A DNA stretch of 64,000 nt from Candidatus Babeliales bacterium. Its GTDB lineage: Bacteria > Babelota > Babeliae > Babelales > JANWKD01. A program made the translations under genes and the position numbers. This document shows, one piece after another, positions 19,193 to 28,550 of this stretch. The stretch spans positions 192,001 to 256,000 of the forward strand of contig OY969622.1 in assembly GCA_963701665.1 (NCBI GenBank), given 5' to 3'. Below the pieces are notes generated by a model. That model searched no databases. It was not told the origin of the DNA and was given only the letters and a program-made list of their open reading frames with translations. Position 1 is the first letter of the stretch. Every line of letters starts with the position of its first letter.

Positions 19193-19882
19193 TTAAAACA
19201 TTGTTTGTTGTTCAGAAAATTCATCAGAATCTTGGTTGAACCACGCGCCTTGCAAGAAATTCATGCGATGAATAATCGAGTGACCAAGTTCTTGAACGCG
19301 CGTGCGATGTTGTGGCGTTGCATATCCTTTGTGTGCGCCCAAAAAATAACCGGGAAGCGCGGTTTCAAAATGAGGCATTAAACGATCGCGCGTTACTTTT
19401 GCGATAATTGATGCTGCGGCAATAGAACTTGATTTTCGTTCGCCAAAAGGAAAATGGAGAACATCAATGTCGTGGTATGCCGTTGCGTGTAGTTGCAGAG
19501 GCATTGCATCAACAATAATTTTTGAGGGCGGTGGACAACCCTGCGCCATAAGCTGCAAAAAAGCGCGCTTCATAGCTTTCAATGTTGCATGATAAATATT
19601 GTGTTGATCAATAGCCCGATGATGCACCGAAGCAATGCCATACCAGCTATTGTTGATGATCCAAGAAAATGCTTTTTCCCGTTCTTCAACAGTCATTATT
19701 TTTGAATCTTTAATAAGCCGATGATTTTTTTTGTGATGCAATATAACGGCTGCGACAACAACAGGACCTGCCAAACACCCTCGCCCAACTTCATCAATGC
19801 CACATACGAGTGCATTCTCTGCCCATGCCGAGTGTTCAAAATAATTTTTGTTGAAGCGTTCTTGATAGCGAATGGTAGCCAT
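19193..19882 (-). CDS. rnhB: Ribonuclease HII
   Basis: GIDEVGRGCLAGPV, DSK, IAAASIIAKVTRD, HKGY. Confidence 0.95.
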   Translation of the reverse strand: MATIRYQERFNKNYFEHSAWAENALVCGIDEVGRGCLAGPVVVAAVILHHKKNHRLIKDSKIMTVEEREKAFSWIINNSWYGIASVHHRAIDQHNIYHATLKAMKRAFLQLMAQGCPPPSKIIVDAMPLQLHATAYHDIDVLHFPFGERKSSSIAAASIIAKVTRDRLMPHFETALPGYFLGAHKGYATPQHRTRVQELGHSIIHRMNFLQGAWFNQDSDEFSEQQTMF

Positions 19883-19950
19883 GTGAAGATCGTAATTGAA
19901 GTGTGAAATTTTTGTTAGTATACGCTACTTTTGAAACAAAGAAAAGAATG

Positions 19951-20562
19951 TTATTTCTGTAGAATTTTGGTAAAGAAATACTGCCAACAAAAAAATACTA
20001 TGCCGAGTGCTAGAGGTATTAAAAACAATGCAGTGATTCTTGTGTACCACGATGGCACCGTAAGTCCTGCAACTATCCATTGCGCAAGCGTTATGGCAGC
20101 AAATATGTTCCCTGTTATGAAACTGACCGTTCTGATGAAGAATGGTATTGGATGATATGCTGTTAATGCAAGAGCAAGAAAAAATAGGGCAAAGTATACT
20201 ATGATGCAAAATGGAATTAACATATCGCCACACTTAAACGTATCGCTGCGGGCAACAAAAGACAAAAGATTATCCTTCCAATTGCGTTTGTAGAGCGATA
20301 AGGCATCTTTGGCTTCTTCGATCTGTGCAGATAGTATGCGTACGCGTTCATCATGATCTACCGATTCTGGTGTGTGCGATAGTTCTTCTAATTCTTTTTC
20401 AAGTGCTTTTCTGCACTGTTCAATTTCGTACTGTTTGTTCAGTACTTTTGCAAAAGCAAAAGGCGACATAGGTAAAAAGAAACTTGCAATTCCAATAATT
20501 ACGCAAGGAATTGCTATGGACCAAAATAATATTCTAGTAAATGATGTTTTGATGGTAAGCAT
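19951..20562 (-). CDS. Membrane protein
   Basis: Four hydrophobic helices with a coiled-coil loop. Confidence 0.6.
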   Translation of the reverse strand: MLTIKTSFTRILFWSIAIPCVIIGIASFFLPMSPFAFAKVLNKQYEIEQCRKALEKELEELSHTPESVDHDERVRILSAQIEEAKDALSLYKRNWKDNLLSFVARSDTFKCGDMLIPFCIIVYFALFFLALALTAYHPIPFFIRTVSFITGNIFAAITLAQWIVAGLTVPSWYTRITALFLIPLALGIVFFCWQYFFTKILQK

Positions 20563-20580
20563 AACGATTCTCAGTTGCTG

Positions 20581-20928
20581 TTAAGCGTAATTTTCTAAAT
20601 GAAACTGCATTTCTTTTATCTCAAGTTCGCAGCCGTATTCGGCAAGAAGTTCTTGGAGTTCTTCAGCTTGTCTATGATCCCACGTCATTAAAATGGGAAG
20701 ATGTGCGTCAATACATGCTTCAATAACATCAGGGTCAGTATGTGTTTGCTCTGATAAGATTGTGTATACTTTGCTTCTATTCCAGAATTTCCAGAAGGGC
20801 ATTGATTGTACATAACAGCCATAGAAGCCTGTTTTATCATGAATGAAGGTAAACGGCTCATCAGCATAACTAGTGCATATCAATAGTAAGATTAAAGAAA
20901 TTATTTTTTTCATGGCATCCCGACTCAA
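20581..20928 (-). CDS. Exported protein with L7/L12 C-terminal-like motif
   Basis: Signal peptide; AEELQELLAEYGCELEIK. Confidence 0.5.
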   Translation of the reverse strand: MSRDAMKKIISLILLLICTSYADEPFTFIHDKTGFYGCYVQSMPFWKFWNRSKVYTILSEQTHTDPDVIEACIDAHLPILMTWDHRQAEELQELLAEYGCELEIKEMQFHLENYA

Positions 20929-21063
20929 AAATTTATATCTGAAATAAGTTAAAAAATATAATAAAGCTAGAAATAATATTTAGTATGTAGCATTGGTGGA
21001 AAAAATCAATGCCTGAGCTGTTTTAGATTGGCTTATAGGGAGTTTATAGAGTATTCACTCGTT

Positions 21064-21375
21064 TTAATCCCTCTTGCGTTTAAGGATAGCATCGGTTTCT
21101 CTGCGTTTATTGTTTAGATAGGTAGCTGCGCAAAAAGTAACTGTGCCAAGTATCCACGGGACAAGTTCATTATCGGGACAACAAATTTTTCCTATGATAC
21201 CTGATGCAATACAAGGACCGCAGGTGTTGATCATATCTTCGCAGGAGGGGCCTTCATCATTGTCTGAGAAAATTTTGATTGGACTATAATGACATTTTTT
21301 TGTTGATTCGTGCATACCATGCAGTGTGCTGCTCAAAAATAGTAGTAAGAACAAGATCAATAAAAGAATATTCAT
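21064..21375 (-). CDS. Small Cys-rich exported membrane protein
   Basis: Signal peptide then MH, hydrophobic hairpin, ends KRKRD. Confidence 0.65.
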   Translation of the reverse strand: MNILLLILFLLLFLSSTLHGMHESTKKCHYSPIKIFSDNDEGPSCEDMINTCGPCIASGIIGKICCPDNELVPWILGTVTFCAATYLNNKRRETDAILKRKRD

Positions 21376-21384
21376 GCTGAAGCC

Positions 21385-23049
21385 TTAATAAATCAGATAT
21401 GCTGTTGCAATTATAATCAATAAAAAGACGGTAGGCCAGTAGCACAACTTGAATATTAAATTGTTTTGATACATAAAGAATTGAAGATCACCACGTACGG
21501 CAAACACAATACTGTTAATAACAACGCCGATGATAATAAAGTAGCTGATAAGATAAATGTATTCTAAGTAGACGAGCCCTTCAGTCATTAAGAGCTGGCG
21601 TAAATTTATTTCGCTCGTGATTAAGACAAATAATAATGCGCTGCATACGCCAATAACGCTCAAGGTTGAAAAGCCTACAATATCGATCAATGTTTCTTGC
21701 TTTAAGAATGCCATTAACAGAATAAATAGGGTAGTGAAGACAACGAATAATAGAACAAAATGCATAATAAAACCGCCGCCAGGTCTTCGTTGCGCATCAA
21801 TAATAAATTGGAGATAGGGCATATTGTTATAAGAAAATTCTGGGAATCCTAACGTTGTCTTAAAATTATGGAGCTCATAATTAAAATAGCTTTTTATAAG
21901 ATGCCAATGCGTAAGAAGTGCAATTTTTGATGAAATACCTGGTAACAAAATCGAGTTAATGACCTTATAAGAACTTAAATCAGGTACGAGTGCAATATTT
22001 TTTTCAAAATTCTTATGTAATAGATTGAGGACAATATGGCGATGATCAAAAGGATAAAGCCGCGCGTTAAAAGTTTCATAAAGGTTACAAGAAAACGACC
22101 AGCACACCGTTTCTTCATCCTTATTAGTTTGACGATATAATTCTTGTTTAGTAGAGGTATAAGCATTAGGGAAAATGACATCACGATCGAGACCTGCATG
22201 TTCTTTAGCGTTATATTTTTGCCAAATATATCCTCTTAAAAAGACGCCTGGATGAATGTCAGCACCTTGTTGCGTGAATTGTGCATGTTCTACAAAAACT
22301 CCTGTTGGCACCGTCGTAAATTTTTGGTTTGTTTTTTGCTGTAATTTTTTGAAAAAATATAATTCCTGACCTTTTGAAAGAATCGGCATTGTTTTTAAAT
22401 TTTCTTGAAATCCAACAGAATGATGTAATGACCAAAGATAACGTATCTCTGTCAGCATCGCAAATGAGATTAGTATTACGATATACCACCATAATACTGG
22501 ATTAATAAAAAAGAATATGCCGAATATGAGTATCAAACAGCAGACCCCTAAAAGAATAGTTAAACTCAGCAAAATAAGGATATGCCGTTCTTCAACGACA
22601 ACAAATTTTTTTAGTTCATCGGGGAAAAAAATGAGACCATGGACCGTAGTATCTGCGTTTAACAGAAATAGTTCTACAGAGTTTCCTTGTAGATCTTTAA
22701 GATTGTGGATGAGCAGTTCTTTTTGGGTCTTGAGATCTGTTAAAATCGTAGCTATTCTGCTTTGTTCAGATGCATCGAACAGTTCACTCAATTTTTTTTC
22801 TGGCATCTCATTCAATAAAGGATGAGATACTAAGGTGCCATCTAAAGAGCCGGTGAAAGAATAACCAAGCTCAGGATATTCGCGCGCTATTTCTTGTTTG
22901 AGGATTGTTATTAATTTTTTATTGAGTGCAATGCGTTGTAGATATAAATAACTTGCAAGTACTACGCTTATAATAACAAGACAGCTGAGCACAGCTATAA
23001 TAATTTTTTTCATACAAAAGTCGCCCTTAATTTGTTTAGGTAACACCAT
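21385..23049 (-). CDS. Pentameric ligand-gated ion channel-like protein with extra N-terminal membrane/sensor region
   Basis: YPFD Pro-loop motif in a beta-rich domain followed by four C-terminal TM helices. Confidence 0.65.
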   Translation of the reverse strand: MVLPKQIKGDFCMKKIIIAVLSCLVIISVVLASYLYLQRIALNKKLITILKQEIAREYPELGYSFTGSLDGTLVSHPLLNEMPEKKLSELFDASEQSRIATILTDLKTQKELLIHNLKDLQGNSVELFLLNADTTVHGLIFFPDELKKFVVVEERHILILLSLTILLGVCCLILIFGIFFFINPVLWWYIVILISFAMLTEIRYLWSLHHSVGFQENLKTMPILSKGQELYFFKKLQQKTNQKFTTVPTGVFVEHAQFTQQGADIHPGVFLRGYIWQKYNAKEHAGLDRDVIFPNAYTSTKQELYRQTNKDEETVCWSFSCNLYETFNARLYPFDHRHIVLNLLHKNFEKNIALVPDLSSYKVINSILLPGISSKIALLTHWHLIKSYFNYELHNFKTTLGFPEFSYNNMPYLQFIIDAQRRPGGGFIMHFVLLFVVFTTLFILLMAFLKQETLIDIVGFSTLSVIGVCSALLFVLITSEINLRQLLMTEGLVYLEYIYLISYFIIIGVVINSIVFAVRGDLQFFMYQNNLIFKLCYWPTVFLLIIIATAYLIY

Positions 23050-23185
23050 AGTATATGGTACTTACTATAAAAGACGAAAAATTGATAAGGCAATACTACT
23101 AATGATTTTACGTTTTAGTATTGCAAAGTAGCGGCTGCTTCGATTATGGTAGATGCATACGTTTGTCTTTTTAAAAAGGGGAATT

Positions 23186-24013
23186 ATGCCAGAAATCCCA
23201 GAACTTGAAGCATTCAAATATGTTGTCAAAACACATTGCTTACATAAAAAAATTAAGAATGTTGAATCTTCAAATAAAAAATTAATAAAAATCTCTTTCC
23301 CGAAATTTAAAAAAGAACTTGTTGGCCACCCTTTTGATGCTACTGAAAGAAAAGGGAAATATCTTCTCATATACACATCCGATAGAATTCTTGTTATGCA
23401 TTTTGCGCTGACGGGGTTTCTTGTGTATGCCAAAAATCCCGACGAAAAAGTTAGGTTTACGAGTGTTAAGTTTATCTTTAGCGATGATTCTGTTCTTCAT
23501 TGGATAAGCATCAGACAATTTGAAAAAATATGGTTGGTAAAAAATATAGATGAAATCAAAGGGCTGAGCACATTAGGCGTTGATGCATTAAAAATTTCAA
23601 AAAAAGAATTTCTAGAGCTCGCGCAAAAGTACTCAACAAAAAATGTCAAAGCGTTCTTGATGGATCAAACAATTTTAGCTGGCATTGGTAATGAATATTC
23701 TGATGAGATTTTATTCCAATCAAGTATTGATCCACATCATAAAATTAAAGATCTTTCAAAAAGCGCGTGCGCAAAAATGTATACGCAGATGAAAAAAATA
23801 TTGAAGTATGCGATAACATTGCGCATTAAAGATATAAAAAAAATGCCAGAACAAAACTTTCTTTCAAATAAAGATCGAGAGACATTTAAATCCTCCTATT
23901 TGCAAGCCCACAGGCATACCGATATGATGTGTCCCAAAAATAAAAATCATAGATTAAAAAAGGTCACTATTGCTGGCAGATCTACCTATTATTGTCCAAT
24001 AGATCAAAAGTAA
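23186..24013 (+). CDS. Fpg/Nei-family DNA glycosylase
   Basis: N-terminal MPEIPE, RKGK, H2TH (MDQ..LAGIGNEYSDE), C-terminal GRSTYYCP..Q; start moved to ATG 23186. Confidence 0.9.
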   Translation: MPEIPELEAFKYVVKTHCLHKKIKNVESSNKKLIKISFPKFKKELVGHPFDATERKGKYLLIYTSDRILVMHFALTGFLVYAKNPDEKVRFTSVKFIFSDDSVLHWISIRQFEKIWLVKNIDEIKGLSTLGVDALKISKKEFLELAQKYSTKNVKAFLMDQTILAGIGNEYSDEILFQSSIDPHHKIKDLSKSACAKMYTQMKKILKYAITLRIKDIKKMPEQNFLSNKDRETFKSSYLQAHRHTDMMCPKNKNHRLKKVTIAGRSTYYCPIDQK

Positions 24014-24029
24014 TACCTGGTTTATTTCC

Positions 24030-24590
24030 ATGACAGAAAACCCCAGGGTTTTAAACCTGGGGATGAATGTCATCAAATGCGCGAGTAAAGCAAAAATGTA
24101 AATTTTTGCGAAGCGAGGTTCGTTTTGTCATACTAATGGTATGGCAAAGAAATATTGGCACGGAGCGCATACAACACATAGGCACATGTATCATATAGTT
24201 TGGTTACCGAAATATAGAAAAAAAGTATTAGAAGGAAACGTTAAGAGTAGGTTAGGAGAACTCTTGCGAGAATGTGCAGAAATTAATGCATGGGAAATTC
24301 AGGAATTAAATATTCAGATAGACCATGTACATCTTGTAATACAGTTACCACCAAGTATAAGTGTGAGCAAGGCCGTTCAACTACTCAAAGGCATTTCAAG
24401 TAAAATGCTTAGAACTGAATTGCCTGAAATAAAGAAATTTTTGTGGGGTAATGATTTTTGGGCGGATGGATATTTCTCCGAAACATTTGGACATTGTTCG
24501 GAAGAGACAATTCTCAATTATGTTAGAAATCAATAAAAAGCTTTCATCTCGTGCTTCTAAATCCACGGCTTTTAAGCCGTGTGTTGTTTA
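24030..24590 (+). mobile_element. IS200/IS605-family element (tnpA only)
   Basis: Subterminal hairpins CCCCAGGG..CCTGGGG (24041-24062) and CACGGC..GCCGTG (24564-24581) flank tnpA; boundaries approximate. Confidence 0.8.
24141..24536 (+). CDS. tnpA: IS200-like HUH (Y1) transposase
   Basis: YHIVW.PKYR, DHVH, FW..GY, YV.NQ. Confidence 0.95.
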   Translation: MAKKYWHGAHTTHRHMYHIVWLPKYRKKVLEGNVKSRLGELLRECAEINAWEIQELNIQIDHVHLVIQLPPSISVSKAVQLLKGISSKMLRTELPEIKKFLWGNDFWADGYFSETFGHCSEETILNYVRNQ

Positions 24591-24711
24591 ATAATATTTA
24601 TCCTATAATCCCATTTGTCTATTTTTGATCAAAATAGTATCCTTGGTATTAGATTAACGCAAATTCGATACATTGAATTTTGCTTCACAAAGATAACCTT
24701 GAAAACAAAAT

Positions 24712-24815
24712 TGTCATTGCGAGCGAAGCGTGGCAACCCAGCTTATAAAATTAGCTCCTTTTAAGGAATTATTAAAGTTCTGGGTCACCACGTTACTACG
24801 TTCCTCGTGATGACA
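24712..24815. repeat. REP-like repeat copy D
   Basis: Same arms and spacer as copies B and C. Confidence 0.85.
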
Positions 24816-24896
24816 TTTCGAGATATTTTTATTCAGTGATAAGTCGATAATTTTTTTTATCGAATTTACGTTGGATAACCATTAGGGACCTATTCC

Positions 24897-25646
24897 ATGT
24901 CAGATCTTATTAATACAAATATTGCCGGTATCGATGATACTACTAAGTGCCCTTGCATAGGGAGTATTTTTATTGCTGGTGTCATAGCTGATAGCACTAC
25001 TCTAGAAATGTGGCAGAGACTAGGGGTGAAAGATAGTAAATTAGTAGCGGCAAAAAAACGAGAAACACTCGCCAAGATCATTAAAGAAACTGCTCAAGGA
25101 ATTGTCTTGATGGAAATTACCCCAGCCATGATCGATGACAAGAGTTTAAACTTAAATGATTGGGAAATGCTCACCGTTTTAACTATCGTTAAAAAACTAC
25201 AAAAAAAAGCACCTTTTAAAAAAGTATATATTGATAACTGGGAAACCACTCAAAAAGGATTCCATGAAAGATTTTTGGCATTGACGGATGTCTCTCGTAA
25301 AGAATTGTTATTGCAAAAGGGCTTTCGCTTACATAGAAAAAAAATTAATACCCTCGAATTAATCCCAGAGCATTATGCTGATGAAAACCATATTGTTGTT
25401 GGTGCTGCATCAATAGTAGCTAAGGTTGCTTCTGACGCACAATATAGAAAATACAAACGACAATACGGTAATTTTGGTAGTGGTAGCCCAGGTGATCCAC
25501 GCACGCGTTTGTTTGTTTGGCAACATCGCAATAATCCTCTTCCCATTATCCGTACCAGCTGGAATACTTTTAAAACATTATCAGTGTTGGATTCTATTGA
25601 AGATGATCCCCTCTATGGCCGCCTAAAAAATAAGCCTGTTTTATAA
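24897..25646 (+). CDS. Divergent archaeal-type RNase HII-like protein
   Basis: GIDDT..CP.IG, GVKDSK, AD....VGAASIVAK, GNFGSG.P.DP.T, IR.SW.T. Confidence 0.8.
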   Translation: MSDLINTNIAGIDDTTKCPCIGSIFIAGVIADSTTLEMWQRLGVKDSKLVAAKKRETLAKIIKETAQGIVLMEITPAMIDDKSLNLNDWEMLTVLTIVKKLQKKAPFKKVYIDNWETTQKGFHERFLALTDVSRKELLLQKGFRLHRKKINTLELIPEHYADENHIVVGAASIVAKVASDAQYRKYKRQYGNFGSGSPGDPRTRLFVWQHRNNPLPIIRTSWNTFKTLSVLDSIEDDPLYGRLKNKPVL

Positions 25647-25704
25647 GGTTATTTACCTCTAAAATAAACATTCAACTTAAGTGAAAATATGCCTAGAGAA
25701 ATGA

Positions 25705-25803
25705 TGTCATTCTGAGGCGCCTTGGTGCCGTAGGAATCCAATCTGATAAGGATTTTCATTTTAAAGACTGGATCACTACGTCGCTTTGCTCCTCATGATG
25801 ACA
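25705..25803. repeat. REP-like repeat copy E (uninterrupted sibling of copy A)
   Basis: Reverse complement matches copy A including spacer and flanks. Confidence 0.85.
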
Positions 25804-25975
25804 CTGTTGTTTATAATGTTCATTTCCTAATCTTTCTTCAGAATGATTCTAATTCTTTCTTTTAAATAACGCACAAATCAGCCAATTATACATATATTTT
25901 ATAATACTCTAGATTATTCATATATTATTTTTTTAAACTAAAATTACTATAAGTAATAATTGATAGTATAAGGGG

Positions 25976-26641
25976 TTGGGTATGAAGCATATTCTTGAGA
26001 ATAGTAAAAAAATAGCATTGTTACTGCTTTGTTTTCTTTCTTTTTCCGTGGTTGCCATGGACGTTGAGCCTGTAGTTGAAGAACCTCAAGAACTGCAAGA
26101 AGTTCCTGCGCAAGCAGAACAAAAAGAGGCTGCCGCAACAGGAAAAAAACCAAGAGGACAAAGAAGAGGCTACAAAATTCGTTGCCGAGGGCGTAGATGT
26201 TGGATAAAAGGGAAAAAGGGAGCGACAGTTCCGCCTCAGATTAAAAAAGTAGCTGATAACCTTGAAAAAACAGAAGCAGCAAAATCTGATAAGCCTGCTA
26301 CCTTTAAATTTGTATGTGATAAGAAAAAATGTGGCGTAAAACGCAAAGGGTTACGTAGAGGTAAGGGGAAAATTCGTTGCAAGGGTGGTTATTGTAGAAT
26401 CAAAGGAAAAGGCCGAGGAAAATGGAGTGCCAGAAGAAAACAACGGCTTGAATCATATCGTAAACGGCTTGAAGCTACGAAAAAAGGAAAACAAACTGGT
26501 CCAGCCACCTATAAACTTAACTGTGATGGCGAGAAATGTGACGTAAAACAAAAAACTGCTGGAAAAAAATGGGGTGGACGCCGTCGTGGTCGTCATGGTC
26601 GTGGCCGTCGCCGAGGATATGGGCGCGCAAGAACCGCATAA
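25976..26641 (+). CDS. Exported, extremely Arg/Lys/Gly-rich protein with four CxxxxC motifs
   Basis: Signal peptide then MD, acidic segment, duplicated basic modules, protamine-like tail. Confidence 0.7.
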   Translation: MGMKHILENSKKIALLLLCFLSFSVVAMDVEPVVEEPQELQEVPAQAEQKEAAATGKKPRGQRRGYKIRCRGRRCWIKGKKGATVPPQIKKVADNLEKTEAAKSDKPATFKFVCDKKKCGVKRKGLRRGKGKIRCKGGYCRIKGKGRGKWSARRKQRLESYRKRLEATKKGKQTGPATYKLNCDGEKCDVKQKTAGKKWGGRRRGRHGRGRRRGYGRARTA

Positions 26642-26659
26642 AAATTCAATCTATGACAC

Positions 26660-26698
26660 AAAAGGGATGGCTTTGTGATGAAAAGCTATCCCTTTTTT
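26660..26698. terminator. Bidirectional terminator
   Basis: AAAAGGGATGGCTTT...AAAGCTATCCCTTTT between convergent genes. Confidence 0.75.
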
Positions 26699-26711
26699 AT
26701 TTGTATTACTT

Positions 26712-27908
26712 TTATCGAATCGATGTATAACCGTTCAATACACCCGCTTTAGAGAAAACTATCTGCCACAGTTGTATAGCGCGCGCTCTAAATAATCCCG
26801 CGCATGATAATAAATAGTATACCCACATGCGATAAAAACGATCGTCATAGTTGGATTTCAATTGAGGCCAATGTTTTATAAAATTTTCATGCCAAGCCAT
26901 TAATGTTTTTTCGTAATCGGGGCCAAAATTATGCCAATCTTCCATGACAAAAAAATTTTGGCTAGCGTGTGCAATTTGTTCCACGGAAGGAAGCATCCCG
27001 TTAGTAAAAATGTATTTATTAAGCCAAGGATCGCCATGAGTTTGCGAACTATTGCCGCCAATGGTGTGCAGCAACAATAATCCACCATCTTTAAGTAACT
27101 TGTGAGTAATCTTCATGAAGGTGTCATAATTTTTATAACCGACATGTTCAAACATACCAACACTAACAATACGATCAAATGGTTCATCTAGATCGCGATA
27201 ATCCTGTAATCGAATTTCGATAGGATATCCTTTTGTTTTTTCACGTGCGTAGTCTGCTTGTTCTTTAGAAATGGTAACACCAACCACACTTACGCCATAA
27301 TTTTTTGCAGCATGCAATGCCAAGCCGCCCCAGCCACATCCTATATCCAGCACTTTCATGCCGGGTTTTAAATATAATTTCTTACAAATAAGGTCACATT
27401 TGTTTTCTTGAGCTTCATCCAACGTGTGCGCATTATGCCAATAGCCGCATGAATATAACATGTTTTTATCAAGCATTACGTTAAATAAATCGTTGCCAAG
27501 ATCATAATGTTGCTCGCCAACTTGAAATGCGCGTGAAGCTGATTGCATATTCATCAACTTTGCTTGCAAATACAGACAAATGGCTGAAAGATTTTTTGGT
27601 GTTATGTTGTAAACATCAGAACGCGCGATCCGGAAGAAAAAATCATCGAGTGCTTCACAATCCCACCAGCCATCCATATACGATTCGCCAAGGCCGAGTG
27701 ACCCTTCACTCAGAACGCGTGCGTAAAGATGATTATTGCGTACGCATAGATCACAAGGCGCGCGTCCGTTAATGGTGATTCCCGCGTTTGATAAAAGATC
27801 TTGAGCGAATTTGTGATCGGCATTTTGCGAATATAGGCGAGTGCCAAAAAAATAAATGATTCCTATGATGCCAGCTAAACATAAGAAAATTATAGTGGAT
27901 TTTTTCAT
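26712..27908 (-). CDS. cfa: Cyclopropane-fatty-acyl-phospholipid synthase
   Basis: GLGESYMDGWW, HYDLGNDLF, LDIGCGWG, VSVGMFEHVG. Confidence 0.95.
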   Translation of the reverse strand: MKKSTIIFLCLAGIIGIIYFFGTRLYSQNADHKFAQDLLSNAGITINGRAPCDLCVRNNHLYARVLSEGSLGLGESYMDGWWDCEALDDFFFRIARSDVYNITPKNLSAICLYLQAKLMNMQSASRAFQVGEQHYDLGNDLFNVMLDKNMLYSCGYWHNAHTLDEAQENKCDLICKKLYLKPGMKVLDIGCGWGGLALHAAKNYGVSVVGVTISKEQADYAREKTKGYPIEIRLQDYRDLDEPFDRIVSVGMFEHVGYKNYDTFMKITHKLLKDGGLLLLHTIGGNSSQTHGDPWLNKYIFTNGMLPSVEQIAHASQNFFVMEDWHNFGPDYEKTLMAWHENFIKHWPQLKSNYDDRFYRMWVYYLLSCAGLFRARAIQLWQIVFSKAGVLNGYTSIR

Positions 27909-27996
27909 TTATACATCCCCCCTACTATTTTTTTTAGTTATTAACTATTATTCAAAAAATCGTAGAGGGATGTAAATAATCTAAGAAATATTGAAG

Positions 27997-28362
27997 CTAA
28001 TCTGCTTTTTCTTTTGCGCTATAGGCATCGTGGGCAGTTTTAATTTTTTTAGCAGCAAATAGCGTTGTTGCGCAAGCGGCAGCTCCAGAAAGACCAGCTA
28101 CAATGGGATCATTAGGCAAAACGATGGTTGCGACTTTACGAGCGATCATGAATGCGTTGTAAGCGCACGCGAGATCCGTGCACGAGGGATCATACTCTTC
28201 ACCATCTTGGAAATGATGTACGGTGTCAGGATGATAGGCTTCTTGTGCTGCATGCGCTATAGCAAAGACCGTTGGTGATTTTCGAACTGCAAGGTCCATA
28301 CCAAAATTTTTCTGGACAATAATCAATGATAAAAATAGTAGGCTTATCTTAAGCTGTTTCAT
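27997..28362 (-). CDS. Small exported membrane protein
   Basis: Signal peptide then MD, hydrophobic hairpin, ends KEKAD. Confidence 0.65.
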   Translation of the reverse strand: MKQLKISLLFLSLIIVQKNFGMDLAVRKSPTVFAIAHAAQEAYHPDTVHHFQDGEEYDPSCTDLACAYNAFMIARKVATIVLPNDPIVAGLSGAAACATTLFAAKKIKTAHDAYSAKEKAD

Positions 28363-28550
28363 GTAAAATAATTCCCTTTGAGATATTTATGAAAAATGGA
28401 AAACAACTATAGTGTACAGAAAAAAATTAATAAGAGAAGCTTTTAATGAGCGCATTGCGCGTGGCACATGATTAAATTTGCACGGTCTATTGACAGTTTA
28501 GGGCTATCTTTTTTTAAGCTGTGCATGAAGGTATGATTGGTACTTAGCAT

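Noticed and set aside
24537..24600. TnpB or omega-RNA partner
   Set aside because: Right-end hairpin follows tnpA directly; no tnpB ORF
24141..24815. tnpA as a RAYT mobilising the adjacent REP-like repeat
   Set aside because: It has its own IS200/605-type terminal hairpins unrelated to the REP arms and looks like classic TnpA
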